A DNA stretch of 16,398 nucleotides from an uncultured Candidatus Saccharibacteria bacterium. GTDB taxonomy: Bacteria; Patescibacteriota; Minisyncoccia; Phycocordibacterales; JAKAEA01. Below are positions 1 through 7,329 of this stretch, piece after piece (the stretch's first letter is position 1; each line of letters starts with the position of its first letter). The stretch lies in contig CAZHGQ010000012.1 of assembly GCA_964532205.1 (NCBI GenBank), positions 1 through 16,398 of the forward strand, written 5' to 3'. Under the pieces are notes generated by a model that saw nothing but the letters and a program-made list of their open reading frames with translations, had not been told where the DNA came from and searched no databases. Both the position numbers and the translations under genes were made by a program.

Positions 1-830
1 GCATTAGCCCAACGGAAACTTCCCCCATCTGATTCTTTAAAGACGATATGATATTTCATAACGTCTCTTAGCTCACCACGGATACTCTCCGCAATGTCGT
101 TGAAGGAAACCGGCTTACTCCAATTAATTGGATTGCCGCGTGCGTCGCGCCGGGGATTGGCTGGTGCTTCAACATAGAACCACCCGCCATCTTCCGGCAA
201 CACACTGGGTAAACCATTGAAGTACTCACACTTCACTGTGCGACCGAACGTGGTGTCCGGGGCAGGTGAATCAACTTTAGCATCGGCTGCGGGTGCAGCA
301 GGCGCGGCTGTTGGGGTGAGAGGTACGATACGGTCTTTGGCGTTAAGGGCAGTTAGAGCAGTATTTTCCACGGGAGTGGTGCTAGTGAAAAATTTATTTT
401 CATCAGCAACTATCGTGGATAGAATAATCGCAGCCAACATAGCAAACAAACGACTCCAGACCTTTTGCGTACCGGTTGAGGCGGTTGAACTTGAGCCAAT
501 CCCCACCGCGGTTAATACCGAGATGTGGATGGCTAGCGTTTTTTGCGGATGGTTAACCCACAATGCCTCAAACCAATTGTACTTACCCAAGAACATGATT
601 AGATTGGTGAATACCAACCCAATCACAGCCCAGTGCAGGTTCCTTTCTTTCAGGAAACTGAGGACTGTGGCCGTTCTGGACTTCGGTGCAGTCGGGGTAG
701 TTGGCGTAGTATCTGGTGCTGCGGTGACTTCAGGTTTATCCCTGAAAATTAGCCACAAGACAAATACCAGTCCACCAAGCAATAGAATTACAAAGAAGAT
801 TACCATTAAGACATACATTATTTCAGCCAT
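1..830 (-). CDS. Hypothetical polytopic membrane protein; N-terminus complete, 3' end runs off window start
   Basis: Manual reverse-complement translation of 1..830 is open throughout (276+ codons, no stop), which is why it is absent from the ORF track. ATG at 828-830 is preceded by AAGGAG. N-terminal TM helix (MAEIMYVLMVIFFVILLLGGLVFVLWLIF), a Pro/Thr linker, 3 further hydrophobic helices, then a soluble Pro/Ala-rich domain. The + strand ORF 217..1047 is its antisense shadow. Confidence 0.55.
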   Translation of the reverse strand, partial: MAEIMYVLMVIFFVILLLGGLVFVLWLIFRDKPEVTAAPDTTPTTPTAPKSRTATVLSFLKERNLHWAVIGLVFTNLIMFLGKYNWFEALWVNHPQKTLAIHISVLTAVGIGSSSTASTGTQKVWSRLFAMLAAIILSTIVADENKFFTSTTPVENTALTALNAKDRIVPLTPTAAPAAPAADAKVDSPAPDTTFGRTVKCEYFNGLPSVLPEDGGWFYVEAPANPRRDARGNPINWSKPVSFNDIAESIRGELRDVMKYHIVFKESDGGSFRWAN

Positions 831-867
831 TCAAACTCCTTGTTGTAGAGGTTATTTTCTGTCATGT

Positions 868-896
868 ATATTAACATATTATAAGCAAAAAGTCAA
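868..896 (-). promoter_or_regulatory. sigma70-like promoter (TTGACT-17-TAATAT on minus strand) for the 1..830 gene
   Basis: Minus-strand reading gives TTGACT (plus 891-896), a 17-nt spacer, then TAATAT (plus 868-873). It lies ~38 nt upstream of the AAGGAG-ATG. Confidence 0.4.
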
Positions 897-897
897 T

Positions 898-927
898 AGA
901 AAAGCCCCGTGTCGTAGACACGGGGCT
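898..927 (-). terminator. Intrinsic terminator-like hairpin after the SPFH gene
   Basis: Perfect 11-bp GC-rich stem agccccgtgtc/gacacggggct (903-913 / 917-927) with a 3-nt loop, 14 nt past the stop at 941. On the minus strand it is followed by TTTCT, a weak T-tract. Confidence 0.5.
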
Positions 928-940
928 GGGGTGCAACAAT

Positions 941-2422
941 CTATCTTCTTTGGCGGCGATTGCGTCGGCCGCGTCCACGGTTGCTCTGATTTTGCGTCGG
1001 CGGATCTGCTGATGGTGCATTTTGCAGAACATCCGGTGGTAGGGTGATGTCCCCAGTGTTCTGTGTTGAACCACTGGTGGGGGTTGGGGGTGTGTTGGTG
1101 GGCTTGGGTGGTAGCTGCGGTGGAAGCGGAAGAGCAAGTGAAGTTTTGCTTACACCACCGTCGTTGTCCACATAAGTGGTGAGGGGTGAGTTCCTGATGC
1201 TGCTCCACTTGACCGCCACTTCTGGATTGAGGCGGCCTTCCTCGTGCTTCCATTGCTGAAGCGGCGTAATCTGAGCTTGTACGCGTGCCTGTTCGGCTTT
1301 GGCCAAACGTTCACGGTATTTACCCTTTTGTTCCGCTTCATAGTCGAGTGTGGTTAGGCGCCGATACTTCTGTGCATCAGGGCCGTCCGGATTGAAATCA
1401 CACTGAATCAGTTTAATTTCGATCCCGTATTCAGCTCGCTGTCGAGCAATGATCTTGTACAAGGCTTCCAACAATTTTTCATTGAAGGACTCCTTTTCCT
1501 CAAACAATTGCTTGTACTTGAAGTTGCCGATTGATTGGACGATTTCCGAATCAAGTTGGGCCTCAAGTGCTTCGAGCCAATACTGTGAACCATACACGGC
1601 TTTCCATGGATTCACGATTCGTGCGGTGACTGCCACCAGGATTCGAACCGGGATTCCCTCATTGCTTTCAACGTTGTTGCGCTGAAAGAAGTACACATCA
1701 TCACGTAGGAGTAGGGCGGTGATCCGCTCGCTCTTTGTGATGAACCGGTACTTAATTTGACTGTCGCCACCGGGGTTGGGAATTGGTTCTCGACTTGTCC
1801 AGCGCATTTTCATGCGTTTGACCCGATAAAACGGGAACATGCCGATATGACGCAGACCACCTTCATCAAAAAGGTTAAAAATTCCTTTCTGATTCTGATT
1901 TATTGCCGAAGTTGGTTTGAATGCTGCGCCGGCATCAGTCGGAATCTTGATAATGTCGTACGGATGAGGGTTTATTCTCTTCCGAATGTCATCGTCATCT
2001 TCGATTCTGGCCTCAACATGTTCCATTTTCACTTTCAAACGATGCACTCTCGCTAAATCTTCAGGCGTTACCGCCGAAGGGTTTTGCGGATTAAGGCGTG
2101 CCCGAAGTTCGTCGTCGGTTTCATTGCGTTCATCTGAGCGCAACATCCGGCGATTATCCTCGTGCAACTCTTCGTCGGTCAGTTTGTTCGGTTCATCCGG
2201 GAAGATGTTACCGCGCAGATCGTGACCTTCAAGTACGAATTGGATCGAAGAGAACTTATCGTTGTGCTCGACGATCTTTGCCGTACTTTCCTCAACAAGC
2301 GTGAACCAGACATCCAACTTGGCCAGCCCATAACGGGCCGCCTTGTAAAGGATAAAGACTGTAAACGGCGAGGTAATAATCAGCGCCGTAAAAAAAGCCT
2401 GTACAACCAGTTGACCACTCAT
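941..2422 (-). CDS. SPFH/band-7 (stomatin/flotillin-like) membrane protein with acidic insertion and Pro/Thr + Arg-rich C-terminal tail
   Basis: 493 aa. N-terminal TM helix. The core 'GIPVRILVAVTARIVNPWKAVY...RQRAEYGIEIKLIQCDFNPD...AEQKGKYRERLAKAEQ' matches the SPFH/band-7 fold pattern. AGGAGA RBS precedes the ATG at 2420-2422. C-terminus is PPQLPPKPTNTPPTPT...RGRGRRNRRQRR. Confidence 0.8.
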   Translation of the reverse strand: MSGQLVVQAFFTALIITSPFTVFILYKAARYGLAKLDVWFTLVEESTAKIVEHNDKFSSIQFVLEGHDLRGNIFPDEPNKLTDEELHEDNRRMLRSDERNETDDELRARLNPQNPSAVTPEDLARVHRLKVKMEHVEARIEDDDDIRKRINPHPYDIIKIPTDAGAAFKPTSAINQNQKGIFNLFDEGGLRHIGMFPFYRVKRMKMRWTSREPIPNPGGDSQIKYRFITKSERITALLLRDDVYFFQRNNVESNEGIPVRILVAVTARIVNPWKAVYGSQYWLEALEAQLDSEIVQSIGNFKYKQLFEEKESFNEKLLEALYKIIARQRAEYGIEIKLIQCDFNPDGPDAQKYRRLTTLDYEAEQKGKYRERLAKAEQARVQAQITPLQQWKHEEGRLNPEVAVKWSSIRNSPLTTYVDNDGGVSKTSLALPLPPQLPPKPTNTPPTPTSGSTQNTGDITLPPDVLQNAPSADPPTQNQSNRGRGRRNRRQRR

Positions 2423-2473
2423 AACTTTCTCCTAAAAAGATAGTGTTATCAAAAAACTGAAACGTCTTATAGT

Positions 2474-2502
2474 ATATTATCACACTTTAACCAGAAAGTC
2501 AA
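2474..2502 (-). promoter_or_regulatory. sigma70-like promoter for SPFH gene (TTGACT-17-TAATAT)
   Basis: Minus strand: TTGACT (plus 2497-2502), exact 17-nt spacer, TAATAT (plus 2474-2479), with TG 2 nt upstream of the -10. About 50 nt upstream of the RBS. Confidence 0.5.
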
Positions 2503-2549
2503 GCTAGGTAAACACAAAAAAACGGCCTCGTATAGCCCTTTTTATCGTG

Positions 2550-2631
2550 TGGGCAAGGAGGGACTTGAACCCTCACGCCTTGCGGCACATGCTCCTAAGG
2601 CATGCGTGTATGCCAATTTCACCACTTGCCC
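2550..2631 (-). tRNA. tRNA-Leu (anticodon UAG), class II, CCA not encoded
   Basis: Minus-strand sequence GGGCAAG...GGTTCAAGTCCCTCCTTGCCCA has a 7-bp acceptor stem and a long variable arm. Anticodon stem CATGC/GCATG with loop CTTAGGA gives anticodon TAG. T-loop is GGTTCAAGTCC. Confidence 0.85.
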
Positions 2632-2654
2632 GATTCATGTACCGTAGCACGAAT

Positions 2655-4007
2655 TTAGCGTGTTAGCAAAAGGATGCCTGGATCAGAAGCGGTGATTTGC
2701 CAACCTTCTTGTTTAAGCGGCTCGATAAAACGTGGTTCGTCGGCAGCAAATACGATACAGCGAATATTATACTGGGAAATTATCTTTTGCCGAGCGGTGG
2801 TGGAACTTAACATATCACTATACAGAGAAAAATAATCTACATCATTATGTTTCCATGATGGCATGCGACCGTCGATGAAAACTTTAAATTCTGGGTTGTG
2901 CAAAATAAAGTAACCACCGTAATCATACATATTAAAAACGTTGCCCGGGCATGGGTGAGTTTTTAAATAAGCGCTGATCTGTTTGGGCCAGGTGTGGGTG
3001 GTTGAAAGTGAAAAATTAAAAGGTATGAGCACGAGTGCGGCGGTAATTGTCGAGACAAAGTAAAGCGGACCAGCTAGGGCATAACGTTGTTTAAGTGTCT
3101 GCCAGAATACATCAAAAGCCTCTTCAAAATATCGCACCGAAGCGGCCACAAACAGCAGATAATATCGGACGGATGACAAAGAGGCCAGCAACATTAACGC
3201 AGGAAGTATATATTTTTTTTGAAAGATATGCCGCTCAGTTGCAAACCACAAGCCAATGAGTATGGTACCGGTCATCAAAAAATACTGGGGGTTAGTGAGC
3301 GAATTCCATTCCGTAATTCGACTGTGTAATTGTGAATCAAAGATGGTGCGGAAGACCTCGGTGTATAATTTCCAGCCATAGGGATTTACAAGCGTCACAA
3401 CAAAACTCAATCCTACAACGAGCCAAGAAATTGGTTTCTGCACTATAATTTTATAAAACAGAATCAGACAGAGACCGATAATAAAACTGCCGTGAATATT
3501 TGACCACACCAGCATAAGTAATGGTAAAAACCACTGCGATTTTTTTGAATTATTTTCAAGTAAACGTTCCGTTGAAGCAAAGAATAGGAGTAACCACGCT
3601 GATGGGCGGGCAGCAATAAAGTCAAATATTGAAGCTAGGGAAATCGCCAGAATCGGCAGAGACAATCGGCGAGAAGCGAGTGTAAAACCAGCTGCCCAAA
3701 CTGCTGAAAAGAAGATGATCAGCAGTGGCATGCCGCCGGTATTGTAGAGAATCGCACTAAGACAATCACTCAACCACTCATGGTTTATCCAAGGAAATGA
3801 CGCGGCGGTGTAGGTGAAAATATCGTAATGAGGAATGCCGTGATTCAAAATATAATTACCACTGCGAATATGCCAACCGGCATCCGGATCAAAGATGACC
3901 GAAGATATAGTAACAATTAATACAAAAAGAGCCGTGAAGGCCAGACTTTTTTTGTGGTGAGAGAGACGTCGGAAAAAATGTAAAAAACCCGAGGCGTCAT
4001 TATGCAT
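2655..4007 (-). CDS. Polytopic membrane protein, GT-C-fold glycosyltransferase-like (PMT/ArnT-type architecture)
   Basis: 450 aa with ~10-12 predicted TM helices. The first extracytoplasmic loop carries acidic FDPDAGWHIRSG, consistent with the GT-C catalytic-loop position. Soluble C-terminal ~110 aa. ATG at 4005-4007 lies 1 nt after the tRNA-Lys 3' end, with no SD. Confidence 0.7.
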   Translation of the reverse strand: MHNDASGFLHFFRRLSHHKKSLAFTALFVLIVTISSVIFDPDAGWHIRSGNYILNHGIPHYDIFTYTAASFPWINHEWLSDCLSAILYNTGGMPLLIIFFSAVWAAGFTLASRRLSLPILAISLASIFDFIAARPSAWLLLFFASTERLLENNSKKSQWFLPLLMLVWSNIHGSFIIGLCLILFYKIIVQKPISWLVVGLSFVVTLVNPYGWKLYTEVFRTIFDSQLHSRITEWNSLTNPQYFLMTGTILIGLWFATERHIFQKKYILPALMLLASLSSVRYYLLFVAASVRYFEEAFDVFWQTLKQRYALAGPLYFVSTITAALVLIPFNFSLSTTHTWPKQISAYLKTHPCPGNVFNMYDYGGYFILHNPEFKVFIDGRMPSWKHNDVDYFSLYSDMLSSTTARQKIISQYNIRCIVFAADEPRFIEPLKQEGWQITASDPGILLLTR

Positions 4008-4008
4008 G

Positions 4009-4081
4009 TCCGCCCAGTAGGATTCGAACCTACGACCGTTCGCTTAAGAGGCGACTGCTCTACCAACTGAGCTATGGGCGG
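4009..4081 (-). tRNA. tRNA-Lys (anticodon CUU)
   Basis: Minus strand: CCGCCCA-TA-GCTCAGTTGGTAGAGC-A-GTCGC-CTCTTAA-GCGAA-CGGTC-GTAGG-TTCGAAT-CCTAC-TGGGCGG-A. D-arm is identical to a typical bacterial tRNA-Lys. Anticodon loop CTCTTAA gives CTT. The acceptor pairs as C1-G72. Confidence 0.85.
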
Positions 4082-4094
4082 ATTGTGTTTTGAA

Positions 4095-4103
4095 TTTATA
4101 CCA
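4095..4103 (-). promoter_or_regulatory. Possible extended -10 element (TGgTATAAA) upstream of tRNA-Lys
   Basis: Minus strand reads tggTATAAAttcaaaacacaat, ending ~14 nt before the tRNA-Lys 5' end. No good -35. Confidence 0.3.
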
Positions 4104-4132
4104 TAGATATCACTAGAAATCTAGGTATTTTG

Positions 4133-4214
4133 TGCCCGGAGTGGGAATCGAACCCACAACCCTTGCGAGACACGATTTTAAGTCGTGCGCGTATACCAGT
4201 TCCGCCATCCGGGC
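4133..4214 (-). tRNA. tRNA-Leu (anticodon UAA), class II
   Basis: Minus strand GCCCGGA...CACGA-CTTAAAA-TCGTG...GGTTCGATTCC...TCCGGGCA. Long variable arm. Anticodon TAA. Confidence 0.85.
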
Positions 4215-4241
4215 ATGCAAATATTATATCCTAAAGAACGG

Positions 4242-4315
4242 AGGCGTAGGCCGGGATCGAACCGGCGCATAGCAGTTTTGCAGACTGCCGCGTTGACCAA
4301 CTTCGCCACTACGCC
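4242..4315 (-). tRNA. tRNA-Cys (anticodon GCA)
   Basis: Minus strand GGCGTAG...GCAGT-CTGCAAA-ACTGC...GCCGG-TTCGATC-CCGGC-CTACGCC-T. Anticodon GCA. Discriminator U73 is typical for Cys. Confidence 0.85.
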
Positions 4316-4324
4316 ATGAAACTA

Positions 4325-4651
4325 TTATACATTATTACTTAACTCATCGATTCGCTGGCGATTCTTCTCGCCGTAATCGATGGCAAATTCTACCTGAGGC
4401 AAGCGCATAAGTCGAGTGCGCTTTTTTAAGACCTCGCGGAATTCGCGGGCCTGACGATTGGCAAATTCTACGGCTTCCTGTTCTTTGTTTTCAGGTAAAA
4501 CTGAGATGTAAATGAGGGCTTTACTTAGTTTGTCGACCATATGCACGGCCGTGACAGTGACCAAGGATGTGCGATTTGATTCACGTTGCAAAAATTCCGC
4601 GGCTAAATGGCGGATGAGTTCTTCAGTTTTTTCTTCGCGATACTGTGACAT
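4325..4651 (-). CDS. rbfA: Ribosome-binding factor A
   Basis: 108 aa with RbfA-like pattern (…SLVTVTAVHMVDKLSKALIYISVL…). Start overlaps the infB stop (TAATG). infB-rbfA order is conserved. Confidence 0.85.
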   Translation of the reverse strand: MSQYREEKTEELIRHLAAEFLQRESNRTSLVTVTAVHMVDKLSKALIYISVLPENKEQEAVEFANRQAREFREVLKKRTRLMRLPQVEFAIDYGEKNRQRIDELSNNV

Positions 4652-6150
4652 TACTTTTCAACAATTTTAAATGATTCAAGACGATCGCCGGGAGCAATTT
4701 CAATCTTAGATTCAATCATGGTGCCAAATTCCTGACCTTCTGGAACTTCACCAACCTTATTTTTCTGGCGCTGGAGTTCACGGACGCGGCCGCGACCGAT
4801 TTCGAAATCACGACGCAGAATTTTGACTTCGGCACCGACTTCAATACTACCTTTTTCGACGCGGCCGCCCAGGACTTGGCGATCCTTCACTTTACTGAAT
4901 TGTTTCAGAACCTTTACGAGGCCAATTGATTCTTCAACTTGGGTTTTTGGTGTGCGGGCAGCTACAATTTCCTCAAGCCATTCTGAGAGTTTGTAAATAA
5001 TTTCAAAGGTATGAATTTCCAAAGGAATTTTTTCGGCTGCGCTTTTAGCTGCGGCGTCGGTCTTGGTGCTAAAACCAATGACCAATGTCTCCGGTTTACC
5101 GCTAGCAATTTTAATATCGTTCTCGGTGATATCGCCGACGCCGCTTTGAATGATTTTGATCTTAATCTTGTCATTCTTCAGTTTGTTAATTTCCTGAACC
5201 ACGGCATCCAAACCGCCAACTTCAGCAGCTTTCACAACTACCGGAATGATTGGCATATTCTCATCTTCAGCTCGACGATTATTTTGAATCGGCGTCTTTT
5301 TTAGAGTCTCAATATATTGTTCAGCCTCTTTCTTTGAATCGAATGTTTTAAATTCAGCACCAACTTCTGGCATCATGTTCCAGCCAATAATGCGGATCGG
5401 TGAAGAGAATGTGGCTTCTTTAATAGGCTTAGCCAAAAAGTTTTCCATGATACGCACTGGTGCCATAGCACTGCCGGCTACTAAGTATGAGCCAGTCTTT
5501 AGTGTGCCGTCTTTGATGACGAGTGTGGCAGTGACACCTTTTTTCTTGTCCAAATTGGCTTCAATGACAATGCCTGAGGCTTTGTGTGAGCTATCGGCTT
5601 TCAAATCTTCGAGTTCAGCTGTCAAAAGCATGAGATCGAGCAAATCTGAAACACCGGCCCCAGTTTTTGCTGAGATCGGCGTAAATGAAACGCTGCCGCC
5701 AAAACCTTCGACGTAAACACCTGCTTCAGCCAAGCTGACTTTGGTGCGATCAACGTCTGCACCCTCGCGATCAATTTTATTAATAGCAACGATGTAGGGG
5801 ATCTTGGCTTCAGTGATTGTTTTCAAAGCTTCCAAGGTCTGTGGTTTAACACCATCTTCGGCTGAAACAACAAGTACAGCGATATCAGCAACTTTGGCCC
5901 CACGTTGACGCATGGCTGTGAAAGCCGCATGGCCCGGTGTGTCGAGGAAGGTAATAGGCAATTCTTTGCCGTCTTTGGTCTTGTGACGCACTTCGTAGGC
6001 AGAAAGGCGCTGGGTAATGCCACCGACTTCACCGTCGACCACGTTAGATTTTCGAATATAGTCCAAAAGCGTCGATTTGCCGTGATCGACATGGCCCATG
6101 ATAGCTATCACAGGTGGACGCTGTTTAATTGTAGAGGCTTTTTCCGGCAT
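4651..6150 (-). CDS. infB: Translation initiation factor IF-2 (short form lacking N-terminal extension)
   Basis: 499 aa. G-domain motifs GHVDHGKST, DTPGH, NKID, then IF-2 beta-barrel C-terminal domains. No long N-terminal region. Confidence 0.95.
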   Translation of the reverse strand: MPEKASTIKQRPPVIAIMGHVDHGKSTLLDYIRKSNVVDGEVGGITQRLSAYEVRHKTKDGKELPITFLDTPGHAAFTAMRQRGAKVADIAVLVVSAEDGVKPQTLEALKTITEAKIPYIVAINKIDREGADVDRTKVSLAEAGVYVEGFGGSVSFTPISAKTGAGVSDLLDLMLLTAELEDLKADSSHKASGIVIEANLDKKKGVTATLVIKDGTLKTGSYLVAGSAMAPVRIMENFLAKPIKEATFSSPIRIIGWNMMPEVGAEFKTFDSKKEAEQYIETLKKTPIQNNRRAEDENMPIIPVVVKAAEVGGLDAVVQEINKLKNDKIKIKIIQSGVGDITENDIKIASGKPETLVIGFSTKTDAAAKSAAEKIPLEIHTFEIIYKLSEWLEEIVAARTPKTQVEESIGLVKVLKQFSKVKDRQVLGGRVEKGSIEVGAEVKILRRDFEIGRGRVRELQRQKNKVGEVPEGQEFGTMIESKIEIAPGDRLESFKIVEK

Positions 6151-6209
6151 AGGGTACTACTAGTAATACTACAAAATGAGCATTTTAGCCAGTCTATAAA
6201 GATGGGCTA

Positions 6210-6237
6210 TTGACTAATCGAATAAAAATTGTAATAT
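6210..6237 (+). promoter_or_regulatory. sigma70-like promoter (TTGACT-16-TAATAT) for orphan ORF 6274
   Basis: ttgact at 6210-6215, taatat at 6232-6237 with TG immediately upstream. AGGAG RBS at ~6262. Confidence 0.4.
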
Positions 6238-6273
6238 CAGGGCAGATTTTGCTTTTTTACAAGGAGAAATATT

Positions 6274-6786
6274 ATGGGCAAAAAACAAATGTCTGTTCGT
6301 GATGCTGTGGATATGTGGCTGGAAGCTGAGAAGTGCACCGGTCAGGATTTTATCGAAGAAATCTTTCACGCACTCAAGTTGTATGCGTGGCCACAGAAAA
6401 AGGGTGAAAAAATGTTTTACCCCATGACTCATGATTTTGATGTTAAAGTCATACGTCGTCTGATGTGGTATATCGATGAACAAGCTCGTGACGGGGTCTG
6501 CTCGGACTTGTACCATGAAAACCTTGATGTGGAATGGATGGTTGAGCTCGGTGTCCGATACCTGTGGCTGTGGTATGTCATGGGAGTGATCGAGCCGGTG
6601 GACTGTGACAATAGAACACTCAATGCACAGGCGCGAAATATTCACCGGCAGTTTATGGAGATCAGTCAGAGATTTCAGACCAAGGACGAATTGCTCAAAA
6701 AGGGTGCATTGAAGAAGGGTATGAAACCCTTCTTCACGAATTCTTTTTTGAAATTCGAGGAAGTTTTTTTTGAGTCGGGGTCATAA
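6274..6786 (+). CDS. Hypothetical soluble protein (170 aa, Trp-rich), orphan single-gene unit
   Basis: ATG with AAGGAGA RBS at 8-nt spacing. Own promoter and a strong terminator directly after the stop. No TM segments. No family recognised by eye. Confidence 0.65.
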   Translation: MGKKQMSVRDAVDMWLEAEKCTGQDFIEEIFHALKLYAWPQKKGEKMFYPMTHDFDVKVIRRLMWYIDEQARDGVCSDLYHENLDVEWMVELGVRYLWLWYVMGVIEPVDCDNRTLNAQARNIHRQFMEISQRFQTKDELLKKGALKKGMKPFFTNSFLKFEEVFFESGS

Positions 6787-6790
6787 CCAA

Positions 6791-6827
6791 AACCGGTCGC
6801 GCATTCGCGCGACCGGTTCTTTTTTAT
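6791..6827. terminator. Bidirectional intrinsic terminator
   Basis: Perfect 12-bp stem aaccggtcgcgc / gcgcgaccggtt (6791-6802 / 6807-6818), loop attc, then cttttttatt. An A-run on the other side serves the convergent minus-strand gene, whose stop lies in the T-run. Confidence 0.75.
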
Positions 6828-7303
6828 TGTGCCAAAGCTTGCTTGGCCTTCTCAATCGCTTCAACCTCTTCTTCAGATAAATCGGATTCAGATTTAAAAT
6901 GTTTAACCGCTTTAGCAAACATGCTGACGCGATCTCGAGCGTATAAGGAAGTTAGAACGATGCCGTTGCCGTGCTGGTTGAGAAAGGCGCTTGAAAAACT
7001 ATTGTTGCCACCGTCACCAGTACCTTTAAATGGATTGAAACGAATTGTTTCAATAGACTGTGTGCTGCGCTTTACGCGGCGCTCGACGGTTTCGAGGTAG
7101 ACTTCCATTTCCCGAGTGAATTGGGTAAGATCCAACAGCTGTTTGCGAACCTGGTCGAATGCGTCTTCAAGTGAGGAAGCGTTGCGGCCCATGAACGCTT
7201 TGCGTAATTTGACTTCCAGGCGAATAATCCAGATTAAAAAGATAATTACGACTAACCCAGCTGCAGCAGCGATGATATTTTGGGGAGTTAGGTACAGACT
7301 CAT
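6824..7303 (-). CDS. DUF4446-family protein (N-terminal membrane anchor)
   Basis: 159 aa. N-terminal TM helix. Conserved-looking core RFNPFKGTGDGGNNSFSSAFLNQHGNGIVLTSLYARDRVSMFAKAV, characteristic of the DUF4446 family. Confidence 0.7.
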   Translation of the reverse strand: MSLYLTPQNIIAAAAGLVVIIFLIWIIRLEVKLRKAFMGRNASSLEDAFDQVRKQLLDLTQFTREMEVYLETVERRVKRSTQSIETIRFNPFKGTGDGGNNSFSSAFLNQHGNGIVLTSLYARDRVSMFAKAVKHFKSESDLSEEEVEAIEKAKQALAQ

Positions 7304-7329
7304 AGATTAAAATAGTTTACAATAGTCTT

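Noticed and set aside
861-880. dif/XerCD-like site (ATGTATATTAACAT with 4-bp palindromic arms around a 6-bp centre)
   Set aside because: The arms are far shorter than the 11-bp XerC/XerD arms and match the dif consensus (..CATAA-6-TTATGTTAAAT) only loosely. The same bases are adequately explained as the AT-rich -10 region of the downstream gene promoter.
217-1047. 276-aa plus-strand ORF from the track
   Set aside because: It lies entirely antisense to a better-supported minus-strand gene (1..830) that has an AAGGAG-ATG, TM helices and its own promoter. The plus ORF has no RBS and a low-complexity Ala/Gly/Val-rich translation typical of shadow frames. It also overlaps the SPFH terminator region.
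2520-2549. Possible terminator after tRNA-Leu(UAG) (minus-strand T7 run)
   Set aside because: The T-run is present, but the preceding sequence forms at most a 3-4-bp stem (gggc/gcc). I did not list it as a feature for that reason. It may act as a weak pause site only.
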